Source: a virus. From it: DNA of 64,000 nucleotides. The stretch lies in the IMG/VR virus record IMGVR_UViG_3300036770_008028, positions 1 to 64,000 of that record; one strand, written 5' to 3'. Made by a program: the position numbers and the translations under genes. A model generated the notes under the pieces. That model worked only from the letters and a program-made list of their open reading frames with translations. It made no database searches and was not told the origin of the DNA. This document shows positions 37,520-47,487 of this stretch, piece after piece (positions within the stretch are counted from its first letter, which is position 1; the number at the start of each line of letters is the position of its first letter).

Positions 37520-38731
37520 TTAGGAGAATGACAAATTGCTTACGGCTATCTCCCCGACATAGTCGCCGGCGTTGCCGAACGAACTCGCGGTGTTTGTCAA
37601 TTCTATGTAGCCATACCTCGTCATAAAGCTGACCACTGGTTCGAACGTTGTGGGATCCAGCACAACACCAGAACTCATCAAAGGAATGTAAGGGCAGTAG
37701 AACGCAGCAGCGTCAGCCTCTGACGAACCTTTGTAGCCAACCAGCACAGGTGTGCTATCGCTGGCATAAGAGTCAACGAACACACGCATCGCGCCGTTCA
37801 GTGTACCAACAAACTTGGTGTTGGTGGGTGCTTCGAACGTACCTTCTGTGGTACGAGCAAAAGCGGATGTTGTTGCGGACTGGAGCACAGTCAACGAAGC
37901 AGGCGAAACAACTGCCCAGTTACCAGCACCGCGACGTGTGCGCTGTGCGATCAGGTTAGCAACACGGTTGATCAGAACTGCCAGGGCGGCATGCTCGTCA
38001 CCAACGAATGTGGCTGTACCAGAAACGGTAGCTTGGTTGTATGTGAACTCGGTCTGGGCCAAGCTGCGGAGGCTCAAGAGGATCTCTTGATCGATCTCAG
38101 CAGTGATTTCTTGGGCCAGGGCTGCCATGATTTCGGCCTCAACGTCAATGCCATGCATGGCTTGTGCGTCTTGAGCGGCTTCAAATGTCCAGCGAGCCTG
38201 GAGTTTACGTGTTTTTGCTTCCACAGCCTGCTTCAGGATCTGTACGGAGATCTGACGACCGCCAGTACCTTCCATGATAGCAGTGTCAGCACCAGTGTAA
38301 CGGCTCTGGGTGGTTCCAACTGTACCAGAAGTCACAGAACTAGCAGACGAGTACGCTGTAGCGATCTTGAATGGGCTCAGTGCTTCTTCACCTGCTGTGG
38401 TGCTTGTGGCAGCAGCAGAGTTGTCAGTCATGTTGTTGGCATAACGCACACGCAGGGTGTGGATCTGACCAACGGGACCTGTCATGGGCTGCACACCGAC
38501 GATTTCGTTGGCGATAACAGTGGGCATGACACGTCGGATCACTGGCAGGATCACGCGGTTGAGTGTAGCGATGTTGCCGCTAACAGTTGATCCAGCACTG
38601 GCGTTCTCTTTGAGGTACTTGCGAGTGTTTTCCAGGATCACATTCATGGAGTTGCGACGGTTGCCTTTGAGGCCTTCAAGGAGGGCTTCTTTGGTTTCGT
38701 CCCAACGGCTTTCTAACAGTTCTTGTGACAT
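37520..38731 (-). CDS. Major capsid protein (gp23-like)
   Basis: GVQPMTGP.G.I, VEAKTRKL.ARWT.E..QD..A.HG.D.E, FYCPY.PL, FMTRYG. Confidence 0.97.
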   Translation of the reverse strand: MSQELLESRWDETKEALLEGLKGNRRNSMNVILENTRKYLKENASAGSTVSGNIATLNRVILPVIRRVMPTVIANEIVGVQPMTGPVGQIHTLRVRYANNMTDNSAAATSTTAGEEALSPFKIATAYSSASSVTSGTVGTTQSRYTGADTAIMEGTGGRQISVQILKQAVEAKTRKLQARWTFEAAQDAQAMHGIDVEAEIMAALAQEITAEIDQEILLSLRSLAQTEFTYNQATVSGTATFVGDEHAALAVLINRVANLIAQRTRRGAGNWAVVSPASLTVLQSATTSAFARTTEGTFEAPTNTKFVGTLNGAMRVFVDSYASDSTPVLVGYKGSSEADAAAFYCPYIPLMSSGVVLDPTTFEPVVSFMTRYGYIELTNTASSFGNAGDYVGEIAVSNLSFS

Positions 38732-38752
38732 TTAAGTCTCCTTATGTTGCTG

Positions 38753-39841
38753 TTATAGACCTGCCAGGCGCTTGATGTCGATCACGTTGGAACGGTCTTC
38801 TTCTTGCGGCTTGACGGTTTTATCACCAGTTACTACGCTTACAGACTCAGCGATCACTTGACGGGCTTTCGCTGTTTTGCCTTCGGCTAGCACTGCTGGT
38901 AGATACTTCTCAAAAGCGTTTTTCAGACGTGCTGTCTGTACGCTTTCCAAGAGATTCTTCATGATCTCGCGCTTGTCCTCATTGAGGGGCGCTAGGAGTT
39001 CTTCCATCGTGTTGGCACGCTGGTTGTTCTCGCGGATCTGACGGATCTCACGCTCTTTGGATTCAACGAGTACTGCTTTTTCCTCGGCGACCCGGGTGGC
39101 TTCTGCCAACTGCTGATTTTTAGCCTCGATGGCCTGGCGCAGTTTGCGGACTTCGGCGTTTTCATTGAGATGAGTAGCGCCAAATTCTGCTGCGTAGGCT
39201 TCGAAAATACGACGACCAAAATTGTTCTCGCGAGCGATCTTGATGTCTTCATGCAGTTGTGAGAGTTCGGCCTTGAGATGCTTGCTAACAGATTGGGTCA
39301 TCTTGACAGCAGACTCTTTGACGAATCTGGCTTTCAATGACTCGAGTTTGCCACGGGCTTCGCTGACCAGGCGTACTTTGGTTTCCACCAAATCACGTTT
39401 GTCCTGAGCAAATTCCATGATCTCTTCAGCAAGAGCACGTACAACAAATTTTTCCAATTTCTGGAGTCCTTCGTTGTGCTGCTTGCGATCTCGGCGCAGT
39501 TCGCCAATCTCTTCAGCAAGTTTGGTCACCATGAAGTCGTTGAACTTCGTGGCAGACTCTTTCATCTTGCCTTGGAACTTGACTCGATCTTCGGCCAGGG
39601 CTTGCCGTTCGGCAGCCACAGCAGAGATTTCTGCGTTGAGACCTTCTGTTACCATGCGATCCAGGGCTTCCACCATTACTGATTTGTCATGCTCATAGCG
39701 TTGTGCAAACTCTTCACGGAGTTCTGCACGCACCTGTTCACGAGCTTCGGTCATCTTGGCTTCCCAAGCTTCCGAGATCTCCTTGCGGGTATCCTCGTTG
39801 ATCAGATCGCTATCTAGTAGTGGTTTGAGTGCATCTAACAT
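38753..39841 (-). CDS. Prohead scaffold protein (gp22-like)
   Basis: Coiled-coil, E/K-rich; between protease and capsid genes. Confidence 0.8.
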   Translation of the reverse strand: MLDALKPLLDSDLINEDTRKEISEAWEAKMTEAREQVRAELREEFAQRYEHDKSVMVEALDRMVTEGLNAEISAVAAERQALAEDRVKFQGKMKESATKFNDFMVTKLAEEIGELRRDRKQHNEGLQKLEKFVVRALAEEIMEFAQDKRDLVETKVRLVSEARGKLESLKARFVKESAVKMTQSVSKHLKAELSQLHEDIKIARENNFGRRIFEAYAAEFGATHLNENAEVRKLRQAIEAKNQQLAEATRVAEEKAVLVESKEREIRQIRENNQRANTMEELLAPLNEDKREIMKNLLESVQTARLKNAFEKYLPAVLAEGKTAKARQVIAESVSVVTGDKTVKPQEEDRSNVIDIKRLAGL

Positions 39842-39850
39842 GCGTTTCTC

Positions 39851-40474
39851 CTAGATTTTGAGATCTTTGATGAGTTTCATTACTTCACTCTTCAAGTATC
39901 TCTGTACTTTGTTGTCTCCCCCAGCTTCCTTGGCCATTTCAAAAACTTTATGACCATATTTCATGTTCATAAGACTTTCGTAAATTGCTTTGGGATATGC
40001 GTTGGGCGCACTGGGTTGGGCAACAACATCGACAGTGACTATTTCAAAGTCACTGACATGTCCGTTAGCCTCGTTAACGTTTCCGCTACCGCGGCTTGAA
40101 ACTCCTAATTTTACACCTGATTCCAACATGGTCTTGACCAGTTGACCCATGGGTGTGGGCAGAATCTTTAATTTTCCAAAACCGTTAGGGCCATCCATCC
40201 ACATTTCTGTGATCATATGGCTCACACGGTCAAGATTGACTTTGAGATCATCGGGATGATCTACTTCACCAAGCACAGAGTATCCCGACGTGATCTGTTC
40301 GTTCAGTGTTTTCACAGCACGCTCGATCTCGTTCACAGGATACACACGCTCATTGGCATTCTTGACACCACCTTGGATGCAGATGCCTTTCATGTAGAGA
40401 TCCTTACCTTCGGTGCCTTCCACCACTATGCGGGCAGCATCAAAAGTAAGGTTTTCTCTGAGGTAAAGAGCCAT
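39851..40474 (-). CDS. Prohead protease (gp21-like)
   Basis: KNAN.RVYP, LGEVDHP, GVSSRG.G, D.V..PSAP.A. Confidence 0.95.
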   Translation of the reverse strand: MALYLRENLTFDAARIVVEGTEGKDLYMKGICIQGGVKNANERVYPVNEIERAVKTLNEQITSGYSVLGEVDHPDDLKVNLDRVSHMITEMWMDGPNGFGKLKILPTPMGQLVKTMLESGVKLGVSSRGSGNVNEANGHVSDFEIVTVDVVAQPSAPNAYPKAIYESLMNMKYGHKVFEMAKEAGGDNKVQRYLKSEVMKLIKDLKI

Positions 40475-40487
40475 TTACCTGTGGTCC

Positions 40488-41339
40488 TTATTGGCCGGGC
40501 AGGGGTGATTTGACATTCACGCCGGTGGCCTGAGCCAAGTGAGGTTTTGTAGCAGGTTTCACATCGGGCTGCATGGTCATGTTCATATCTTGTGCTTTGG
40601 GCGCAGGACGACCTTTGGCTTCTCCGCCTTGATCAAGATTTGTGGGCTTGGCCACAGCACCGCGTGCACCTGAATCCACTGCGTACACGGCTTTCTTGTT
40701 CACGGAACCTTCTTCTGCAGTGACGGGCTTGGGAGCAGCTTTGAGTTCCACTGCTTCTTCCATGCTCATTTTCATGCCGTGCATGCCTTCGGTTTCCATT
40801 TCGTCGTCTACCACTTCTTCGGCATCCATGTCAGGCGTGTCCATGTCCATGTCTACTTCCATGTCCATTTCATCTTCGCCTTTGTCGTCGCCCATCAGGG
40901 ATTCAAATTCAGCCATGAGTTCGTCGAGTTTGTCTTCGAGATCGACTACGCGATCTTCCAGTTCCTCGTTACTGCCTATGTCCTCGTGATGGTCATCTTC
41001 GTCGTCGCCTTCGAAAGAAAGACCTTCTTCTTCCACTTCAATGTCGTCGATGAGGTCATCTGCTTGGTCGCCGCCCAGTTCGTCCATGGCTTCGTGCATT
41101 TTGCGCTCTTTGCGATCACGCTTGTCATCGTACTCGATGTCTTTGGTGACTTTACGGCCGGCTTTTTCAGCCTTCTCGTCTTCTTGATCAGTAGACTCGG
41201 CTTCTTCGATGGTTTCTTCTTCCATCATCTCTTCATAGATCTGACGGCTTTTTTCCACAACGATGTCGTGAAAAAGCTCGCGGGCTTTTGCCTCTTCGTC
41301 ATTGATCACATATTCGATCAGTTGTTCAAATTTGTTCAT
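40488..41339 (-). CDS. Highly acidic prohead core protein
   Basis: D/E-rich; between portal and protease; GGAGG RBS and TAAATA. Confidence 0.6.
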   Translation of the reverse strand: MNKFEQLIEYVINDEEAKARELFHDIVVEKSRQIYEEMMEEETIEEAESTDQEDEKAEKAGRKVTKDIEYDDKRDRKERKMHEAMDELGGDQADDLIDDIEVEEEGLSFEGDDEDDHHEDIGSNEELEDRVVDLEDKLDELMAEFESLMGDDKGEDEMDMEVDMDMDTPDMDAEEVVDDEMETEGMHGMKMSMEEAVELKAAPKPVTAEEGSVNKKAVYAVDSGARGAVAKPTNLDQGGEAKGRPAPKAQDMNMTMQPDVKPATKPHLAQATGVNVKSPLPGQ

Positions 41340-41454
41340 GAGTTCCTCCAAAGTAATGGCTCTGTTGAATATTTACACAGATGGAGGAAAACTGGGTGTT
41401 TTAAGGTAGATTATTGGCAATTATGACAGGATCTTGACAGGATCCTGTCAAAAA

Positions 41455-41673
41455 TCACACAACGGGTTGCGCAGGAGGAGAGTATTGTTGCTGTATGCGC
41501 TTGATTTTTTCCCGAAATTCGTAGGTTCTCACATCGTTCATCTTACGAAGTTTATTGAGTTGTCGCAGGGTGAGTTTGGTCTTGCGGAGATCACCCAGGC
41601 GTGGTTGTGTGTTATCCTGCGCCACATCTTGATAGGCACTAGGTTCGCGCTGATAGAGTTCGTTCAGGATCAT
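41455..41673 (-). CDS. Small head-region protein
   Basis: MILNEL; RKT.LTL.QLNKLRKM; TAAATA 4 nt upstream. Confidence 0.65.
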   Translation of the reverse strand: MILNELYQREPSAYQDVAQDNTQPRLGDLRKTKLTLRQLNKLRKMNDVRTYEFREKIKRIQQQYSPPAQPVV

Positions 41674-41680
41674 GCAGTAT

Positions 41681-43468
41681 TTATACTGTGGGTGCTGCGC
41701 CCACAGCCGGTGGTGCTGCGCCAGCTGCGGGTTGTTGACCTGGTGCAGCACCAGGTTCTCCAGCAGCGCCTACTTCAGTGCCGCCAGCTAATTCCTGTCC
41801 CATGGTGATGTCGGCTTCGAGATCACCGGGAATCACGCCCACGGATCGTAGGTCTTGTCCGGTAGCGCTGGGTGCGTCAGGTTTGCTGCGTTCTTCATGC
41901 CAGGCCTGTTCATTTTCCACAATTTCATCTTCTGTGAGTCCTAGATAGCGTTTGAGCAAGAACCGCTTGGAGAGATAAGGCACTTGCTCCAGTTGTGTGA
42001 ATGTGCTTACGCGGCTGGTATCCAGTTCGGCTTCGCGATAACTGGCGAAGTTCTGGGGAGGATTGAACTGGATGTTGAACAGGCCAGAGTCGATGTTGAA
42101 ACCTCTCCAGCGCAGGAACATCTTGAATTCGTCGTCCAGTTTCTGTATGATCAGTCGCTGCAAGCGTTCGCAGTACTGATTGAAGCGATATTCCTGGATC
42201 AGCGCTGTGCCCACACGACCATCATTGAGCGGACGATCTGAATCGTCAGGACCGGTGGGCAAGTACGAACTGGGCACACGCAATCCACGACACATTTTGT
42301 TGTTGAAGTATTTGAGATCGTCAATCTCACCAAGATTTGAACCACCCGGAAGTGTTTCCACAGAGGATCCGCGGCCGTCCGCGGTCTGGGGAAAGTAGTA
42401 GTCTTCGTTGATAGAGAGCGGATTGTAACTGCTGTCCATCATGTGTCTGCCATCCGAACCACCGCTGTGTGTGGGTATGCGGCGCTGATGTATTTCGTTT
42501 TTTACCCGTTCAACAAAGGCCATGGCCATGTGCGACGGCATGTTACCCACATCGATCTTGAAGATCCTGCGCTCTGGAGCGCGGGCCACACGATAGATCA
42601 GCACGGAATCTTCCAAGAGTTCTTTCTGTTTGAACACCCGGTAGATGGTTTCCAGCACGCTCTGTCCAAAAGGCCAGTAGTAATCCAGTCCTTCGGTGAG
42701 ACTGAGGTGCACGATGTGCTTGGCGTCTAACACTGCTTCGTTCATGGCAGCAGAAAATCTGTTGCCCGCTGCACCTTGACCGCCGGCCCCGGCGTTGGGT
42801 ACGTTGTAGGTATACGGGGTAGTCACACCAGATGCCGGAGGATTGGCCTGATAATCTGTGGTGGTTTTGGCCGCGATAGTGAGATTCTGGAAATTGGGGT
42901 TGATGTCGCGGATCACGTATTGCTCTGGACGCTTGCCTTCCGACTCGTTGACAATCACACGGGCCACTTTGGTCATGTCTACCCAATACATCTCAAATGT
43001 TTCTGGATCGCGAACAAATACCTGATCACCATACTTGATGGTATTGCGGAAGATCTTGAAGATGCGCTGATCCAGTTTGTTGAGTTTGACCCATTGCTGT
43101 AACTGTTTCTTGATGATTTCTACTTCGTTGTCCGTGGGTTGATCCACATACTGCACGCAAAAAGGCACCGGTTCGTTGGGTGTGGGTTGCGTGGCAAACT
43201 CCGCGATGATATCCAGACAGGCATTGACTTCGGAATCCATGTCCATCTGCTCGTATTGGTTATAGCGTTCTATGCGATTGGGATGGCCGGTGTACACTTC
43301 GGGCAGACGGCTGGCATAGTTGCGATAGACCACATCTGCATGTCCTTGCAGAGGATCTCTACCATCGTTACGCCCGTATCCAGGCAGGCCGTCGCTGCCA
43401 CGACCGCTGAGTGGGCTGAGTTGCCCACCGGTGTTTGCCACTTTGAAATATTTTTTCCACCCAGCCAT
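41681..43468 (-). CDS. Portal protein (gp20-like)
   Basis: LEDSVLIYRVARAPERR.F.IDVGNMP, EDYYFP, TLPGG.NLGEIDD..YF. Confidence 0.95.
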   Translation of the reverse strand: MAGWKKYFKVANTGGQLSPLSGRGSDGLPGYGRNDGRDPLQGHADVVYRNYASRLPEVYTGHPNRIERYNQYEQMDMDSEVNACLDIIAEFATQPTPNEPVPFCVQYVDQPTDNEVEIIKKQLQQWVKLNKLDQRIFKIFRNTIKYGDQVFVRDPETFEMYWVDMTKVARVIVNESEGKRPEQYVIRDINPNFQNLTIAAKTTTDYQANPPASGVTTPYTYNVPNAGAGGQGAAGNRFSAAMNEAVLDAKHIVHLSLTEGLDYYWPFGQSVLETIYRVFKQKELLEDSVLIYRVARAPERRIFKIDVGNMPSHMAMAFVERVKNEIHQRRIPTHSGGSDGRHMMDSSYNPLSINEDYYFPQTADGRGSSVETLPGGSNLGEIDDLKYFNNKMCRGLRVPSSYLPTGPDDSDRPLNDGRVGTALIQEYRFNQYCERLQRLIIQKLDDEFKMFLRWRGFNIDSGLFNIQFNPPQNFASYREAELDTSRVSTFTQLEQVPYLSKRFLLKRYLGLTEDEIVENEQAWHEERSKPDAPSATGQDLRSVGVIPGDLEADITMGQELAGGTEVGAAGEPGAAPGQQPAAGAAPPAVGAAPTV

Positions 43469-43498
43469 ACGGATCCTTGATATGAGCAGTATTTACCG

Positions 43499-45880
43499 CT
43501 AGCTGCCGGTGCGCTGTAACATCTGCCGGCTCATCGCATTTTGTTGCTGTTGGAGATCCCTCAAATCCATCATCAATTTCTGCATGTTTTCGCCTTCGGT
43601 AGCACCACCCTGACTCTTTATCAGTTCCTGCATGGCTGCCTGGAACTCTTTCAACGTGGTTTGCAGGGCTTCGTTGAGAGGTTTACCGCTTTCTACCAAA
43701 TCAGCCACTCGATTGGTGATGTCATCTCTGGCCATGCCACCGGCTATGGCCGAACCAAAATCTGCACCCATCATGCTGACATTGGTACTGATACCACTTT
43801 TGTTGATCATGAGTTTGGATTCAAGATCACCAAGGCCCAGCCTTTGCATGATCATATCAGTGAGCTTGCGATCAGTGAACAAGTTGCCGGTGTATTGTCC
43901 TCCTTGTTGCATTGTACCATGGGATCCAATGCCGCCTAAGAATATCTCTTTGTCTAATTTGACTGGTATGCTCTTGCCGTCGGGCAGTGGAACCACTGCT
44001 TCCGGGCCTGCTTCACCAGCGATACTGGGTCCCTGCGTGATGCCTCCTTTGGCAAGGGCCTGCACATGGAAATGTCCACCGGTGCTACCTCTGCTGGGAT
44101 TGTTATACTCGTCGATAGCCTTTACTGCACCCATGGCCATGAGATTTTTAACGATCTGTTCGCCTTGTTCTTTGGTAGGCCGCGAAGACAGGGTAAAATC
44201 AAAGGCCGCGCCTTTGGTGTGTGTGCTGGAAGGAGCGTTTTCCTGATGGAAGCGATCATTGAAGCCGGAGAAGTAGTTGAAACCTTGGATGCTGCTCTGA
44301 ACTGCCTGTGCCAGTTGCAGGGTTTTGGGATCCACTGTAGCACCTTCGGCCTGCACATCTCCGGTCTTGATCCTGAGTCCCATGCGCTCAAGATCCTGCT
44401 GAGATGTTTGGCCACCTGCTGCAGGTGCTGCTGTGCCACCGCCAAAGAAACGTTTGATGGTACCAATCACACCCCCGCCGCCGGGCATGGCACCGCCGGC
44501 TGTTTCGCCCGGCAAGGCCCCGGTGGCGGCTTCCGGAATGCCAGCCAGAGCCTGCAGGGCACGTGTGGCTGGATTCACACCTAGGGACACAAAGGTCTGC
44601 AGGCTGTCTCTGGCATTCATCTGGCTGGTACGCAGATCTACCTGTGCTTTCACCGCTGGATCCGCTTCGTTGACCTGTTTCACAAGCTCGCCAGTGAGCT
44701 TGTCTCGCATCCGGCCTTCTTTGTCCAGGCGACGATTGGACAGATTCATGTTTTCGGCTAGATTGCCAAACACTCCGGGCAGGTCAGTCTGGGCTGCCAC
44801 TTCCAGGAATCTTTCGGTGCCGGTGCCGGTGGCAGCGGCCAAATCATTGAACAGGCCTACGTAGTCTTCGCCACGCAAGGCACGCTGCGCTATGTCTTGT
44901 ATGCGTCCTCCGGTGGCCTGCATGGCTTCAGCGGCAGCATCGCTGGTCACGGCTCCGCCGGCTGCGATAATGTCTCGCAGGCCCTTGCTGAGAGTGGGTG
45001 CTTCCTTGGCCACTGTGGCGTTGAGAAACTGTATGTTCTTGGCTGTGGCGTTGTCGCCTTGACGGCGCAGAAGTTCTAGCCGTGCACGGAATCGTTGCTC
45101 GTTCTGCGCCTGCTCCATGGTGCTGCGTAGTTGATCTTTTTGTTCACCGGTAAGCTTGGCCAGGATATCGAGTTCTCGAGCAAAATCCACAGCACCTTTG
45201 CGCATCTGCTCAGTGCTCATGTTCTGCGCGAATCCCAGTCGCGTCTGAAGTTTGATGTAGTCGGCTGTGGTTTCGTTGATTTCTTCTACGCTCATGCCCA
45301 GCATGCGCAGTTCCGTGCCGGCACTTGAACGCACTATGGTGGCTAATTCTAGGAATCTCTTGCGACCTTCCACTGCTGATCCACCCAGTTTGGCCAGTGT
45401 GGTGCTGCTGTCAGCCATGAGTTTGGTAAAGTTCTGCAGACCAACTTCGTCCAGGCCGTAGCCCAGGCGCTGTGCTGCGTCGGCCACACCGGCCATGCCA
45501 TCAGATGCGGCCAATCCAAACTTGCTCAGAGCCTGGTACGTGGTAAACAGCCGGTCGCTGAGTAGATTGAGTTCTTTGGTGGTATCCGAAGCCGCGCCAG
45601 CCAGGTCGGCTAGTTCGTCACCGACTACAGGTATGAGGCGCAGCCATTTCTGCAGAGACGAACTGGCCGCATCTATGGAAGAATTGAATGCTGCCGCGCC
45701 CTGCTGGCCCGAATACATCTCTTTGGTATAGGCCTTGGCAGTGTTGAACAACACTGCAAAGATTTCCTTGCCTACCTTCTGGGCCTTGGAGAGTTCCTCC
45801 ATGGTCTTGCGTGTTTCTTCGGTCACATAGCCAAAAGTACGCAGTTCCTCACTCGCTCGGCGGATAATCTCTGGATCCAT
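43499..45880 (-). CDS. Tape-measure-like tail protein with LAS/M15-like peptidase module
   Basis: Long helical region; H.KG.AFD...HFH; GEAGPEAVVPL. Confidence 0.65.
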   Translation of the reverse strand: MDPEIIRRASEELRTFGYVTEETRKTMEELSKAQKVGKEIFAVLFNTAKAYTKEMYSGQQGAAAFNSSIDAASSSLQKWLRLIPVVGDELADLAGAASDTTKELNLLSDRLFTTYQALSKFGLAASDGMAGVADAAQRLGYGLDEVGLQNFTKLMADSSTTLAKLGGSAVEGRKRFLELATIVRSSAGTELRMLGMSVEEINETTADYIKLQTRLGFAQNMSTEQMRKGAVDFARELDILAKLTGEQKDQLRSTMEQAQNEQRFRARLELLRRQGDNATAKNIQFLNATVAKEAPTLSKGLRDIIAAGGAVTSDAAAEAMQATGGRIQDIAQRALRGEDYVGLFNDLAAATGTGTERFLEVAAQTDLPGVFGNLAENMNLSNRRLDKEGRMRDKLTGELVKQVNEADPAVKAQVDLRTSQMNARDSLQTFVSLGVNPATRALQALAGIPEAATGALPGETAGGAMPGGGGVIGTIKRFFGGGTAAPAAGGQTSQQDLERMGLRIKTGDVQAEGATVDPKTLQLAQAVQSSIQGFNYFSGFNDRFHQENAPSSTHTKGAAFDFTLSSRPTKEQGEQIVKNLMAMGAVKAIDEYNNPSRGSTGGHFHVQALAKGGITQGPSIAGEAGPEAVVPLPDGKSIPVKLDKEIFLGGIGSHGTMQQGGQYTGNLFTDRKLTDMIMQRLGLGDLESKLMINKSGISTNVSMMGADFGSAIAGGMARDDITNRVADLVESGKPLNEALQTTLKEFQAAMQELIKSQGGATEGENMQKLMMDLRDLQQQQNAMSRQMLQRTGS

Positions 45881-45890
45881 TAAATTAGCC

Positions 45891-45920
45891 TATAAATAAT
45901 CGCATACCCTTTTATTTATA
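45891..45920. promoter_or_regulatory. Two opposed T4-consensus late promoters (TATAAATA on each strand)
   Basis: TATAAATA at 45891-45898 (+) and 45913-45920 (-). Confidence 0.75.
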
Positions 45921-45930
45921 GGAACCAAAA

Positions 45931-46773
45931 ATGCTACAACATTCCAATCCACTGGCGCAGTTTTTCCGCCAGCCTGCGATCTATCTGCGTCTGCCCAGTG
46001 GTGGTCATGGCTGGGCACCGGGCTCCTTGGATCTGCCTGACAATGGTGAGATACCGGTTTATCCCATGACAGCCATGGACGAGATCACTTATCGCACACC
46101 AGATGCCCTGTTCAACGGAGAAGCCACGGTGTCTGTGATGCAAAGCTGTGTGCCTAACATCAAGGACGCATGGAGTTGTCCTGCCAGTGACCTGGACACC
46201 TTGCTGATAGGCATCAGGATCGCCAGTTATGGACACAGCATGGACATCGGAACCAAATGTCCCAGCTGTGAGACTGACACTGAATTTGGCCTAGATCTGC
46301 GCACTGTGATTGACAAACTTCACAGCGCCGACTACGAATCACCGTTACAGCAAGGCGATCTCAAGATCTATTTCAAACCATTGAACTATCGCCAACTCAC
46401 TGACAATGCGCAGGCACAGTTTGAACAGCAAAAAACCCTGCAGATCATGGGTGATACCGAGGTCCCCGAGGAAAGCAAGGTCGCCCAGCTCAACACCATG
46501 ATGAAAAAAATAGTAGAAGCCACTATCACTGCTATCTCTCGCAGCATCAGCGAAATACGCACACGCGACGCCATAGTCACCGAATCAAAATTCATTGAAG
46601 AGTTCCTACACAACTGCGAACGCGTGGTGTTTGAACGTGTGAGAGATCATGTGGTGTCTTTGAGAGAGACCAGCGAGATACGACCCATAAAGATCACCTG
46701 TCCTAACTGCCAACACCAGTATGATCAATCATTTACCTTGGACATGGCACGTTTTTTCGAGTCCGCCTCTTGA
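45931..46773 (+). CDS. Baseplate hub subunit (gp26-like)
   Basis: LPS.G, PMTA.DE, IRIASYG, CPSC and CPNC. Confidence 0.75.
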   Translation: MLQHSNPLAQFFRQPAIYLRLPSGGHGWAPGSLDLPDNGEIPVYPMTAMDEITYRTPDALFNGEATVSVMQSCVPNIKDAWSCPASDLDTLLIGIRIASYGHSMDIGTKCPSCETDTEFGLDLRTVIDKLHSADYESPLQQGDLKIYFKPLNYRQLTDNAQAQFEQQKTLQIMGDTEVPEESKVAQLNTMMKKIVEATITAISRSISEIRTRDAIVTESKFIEEFLHNCERVVFERVRDHVVSLRETSEIRPIKITCPNCQHQYDQSFTLDMARFFESAS

Positions 46774-46988
46774 TCTCTGATTCTGATCAGATCAGCCGTA
46801 TGATCGATCACATGGAACAAGAGGCTGTGCAGATACGCGACGAAGCGCTGAAGATGTGCTGGTACATGCGCGGCGGATTGACCTACAACGAAGCCATGCA
46901 TCTCAGCCACAGCGAACGAGAAACTGTGGGACGATTGATCAAAGAAAATCTCGAGACCACCAAAAAAACCGGAATGCCGTTTTTCTAA
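46770..46988 (+). CDS. Baseplate hub assembly protein (gp51-like)
   Basis: WYMRGG..Y.E...L...ER; follows gp26-like gene. Confidence 0.55.
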   Translation: MISDSDQISRMIDHMEQEAVQIRDEALKMCWYMRGGLTYNEAMHLSHSERETVGRLIKENLETTKKTGMPFF

Positions 46989-46989
46989 C

Positions 46990-47487
46990 ATGGATTTTGA
47001 ACAAGCACAGATGGATGTATTGAACTGGGTCACAGGCTTTGTAGAGCAACCCAATGCTGCCCTCAATGGGTGGCCGCCTTGTCCGCATGCTCGCAAAGCA
47101 CGTTTAGATGGTCAGTTTGAAATACGCCCCGGACGGGTAGAACCTTACACTGATCTCAAAAATACTGACATGGGCGATAAGATGGTCATAGCCTATGTGT
47201 ACGAGCCCAGCAAATTCTCCGCAGACGAATTCAACCAACAGATACAATCTGTGAATCGCGGATTCCTCATACCTCGCAACATGATTGGACTGGCCGATCA
47301 TCCTGATGCTGTGGAAAACGTCAATGGAGTGATCATGAACCAAGGTACCTGGGCTATCGCGTTTGTGCAACCGTTGGACAAACTCAATCATTTTGCCCGC
47401 TTGATCGCTGGTCGAGGTTACTACGAAGGATGGCCCAAAGACTATCTCCAGGAACTGTTTGAAGGCCGTGAGGATCCCAGACAGTGA
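46990..47487 (+). CDS. Hypothetical protein, DUF1415-like
   Basis: W...FVE.P...PPCPHA, DHP, QPL.KL. Confidence 0.5.
   Translation: MDFEQAQMDVLNWVTGFVEQPNAALNGWPPCPHARKARLDGQFEIRPGRVEPYTDLKNTDMGDKMVIAYVYEPSKFSADEFNQQIQSVNRGFLIPRNMIGLADHPDAVENVNGVIMNQGTWAIAFVQPLDKLNHFARLIAGRGYYEGWPKDYLQELFEGREDPRQ

Noticed and set aside
41419-41451. TTGACA...CATAAT as a sigma70 promoter
   Set aside because: Spacer is 20 nt, too long
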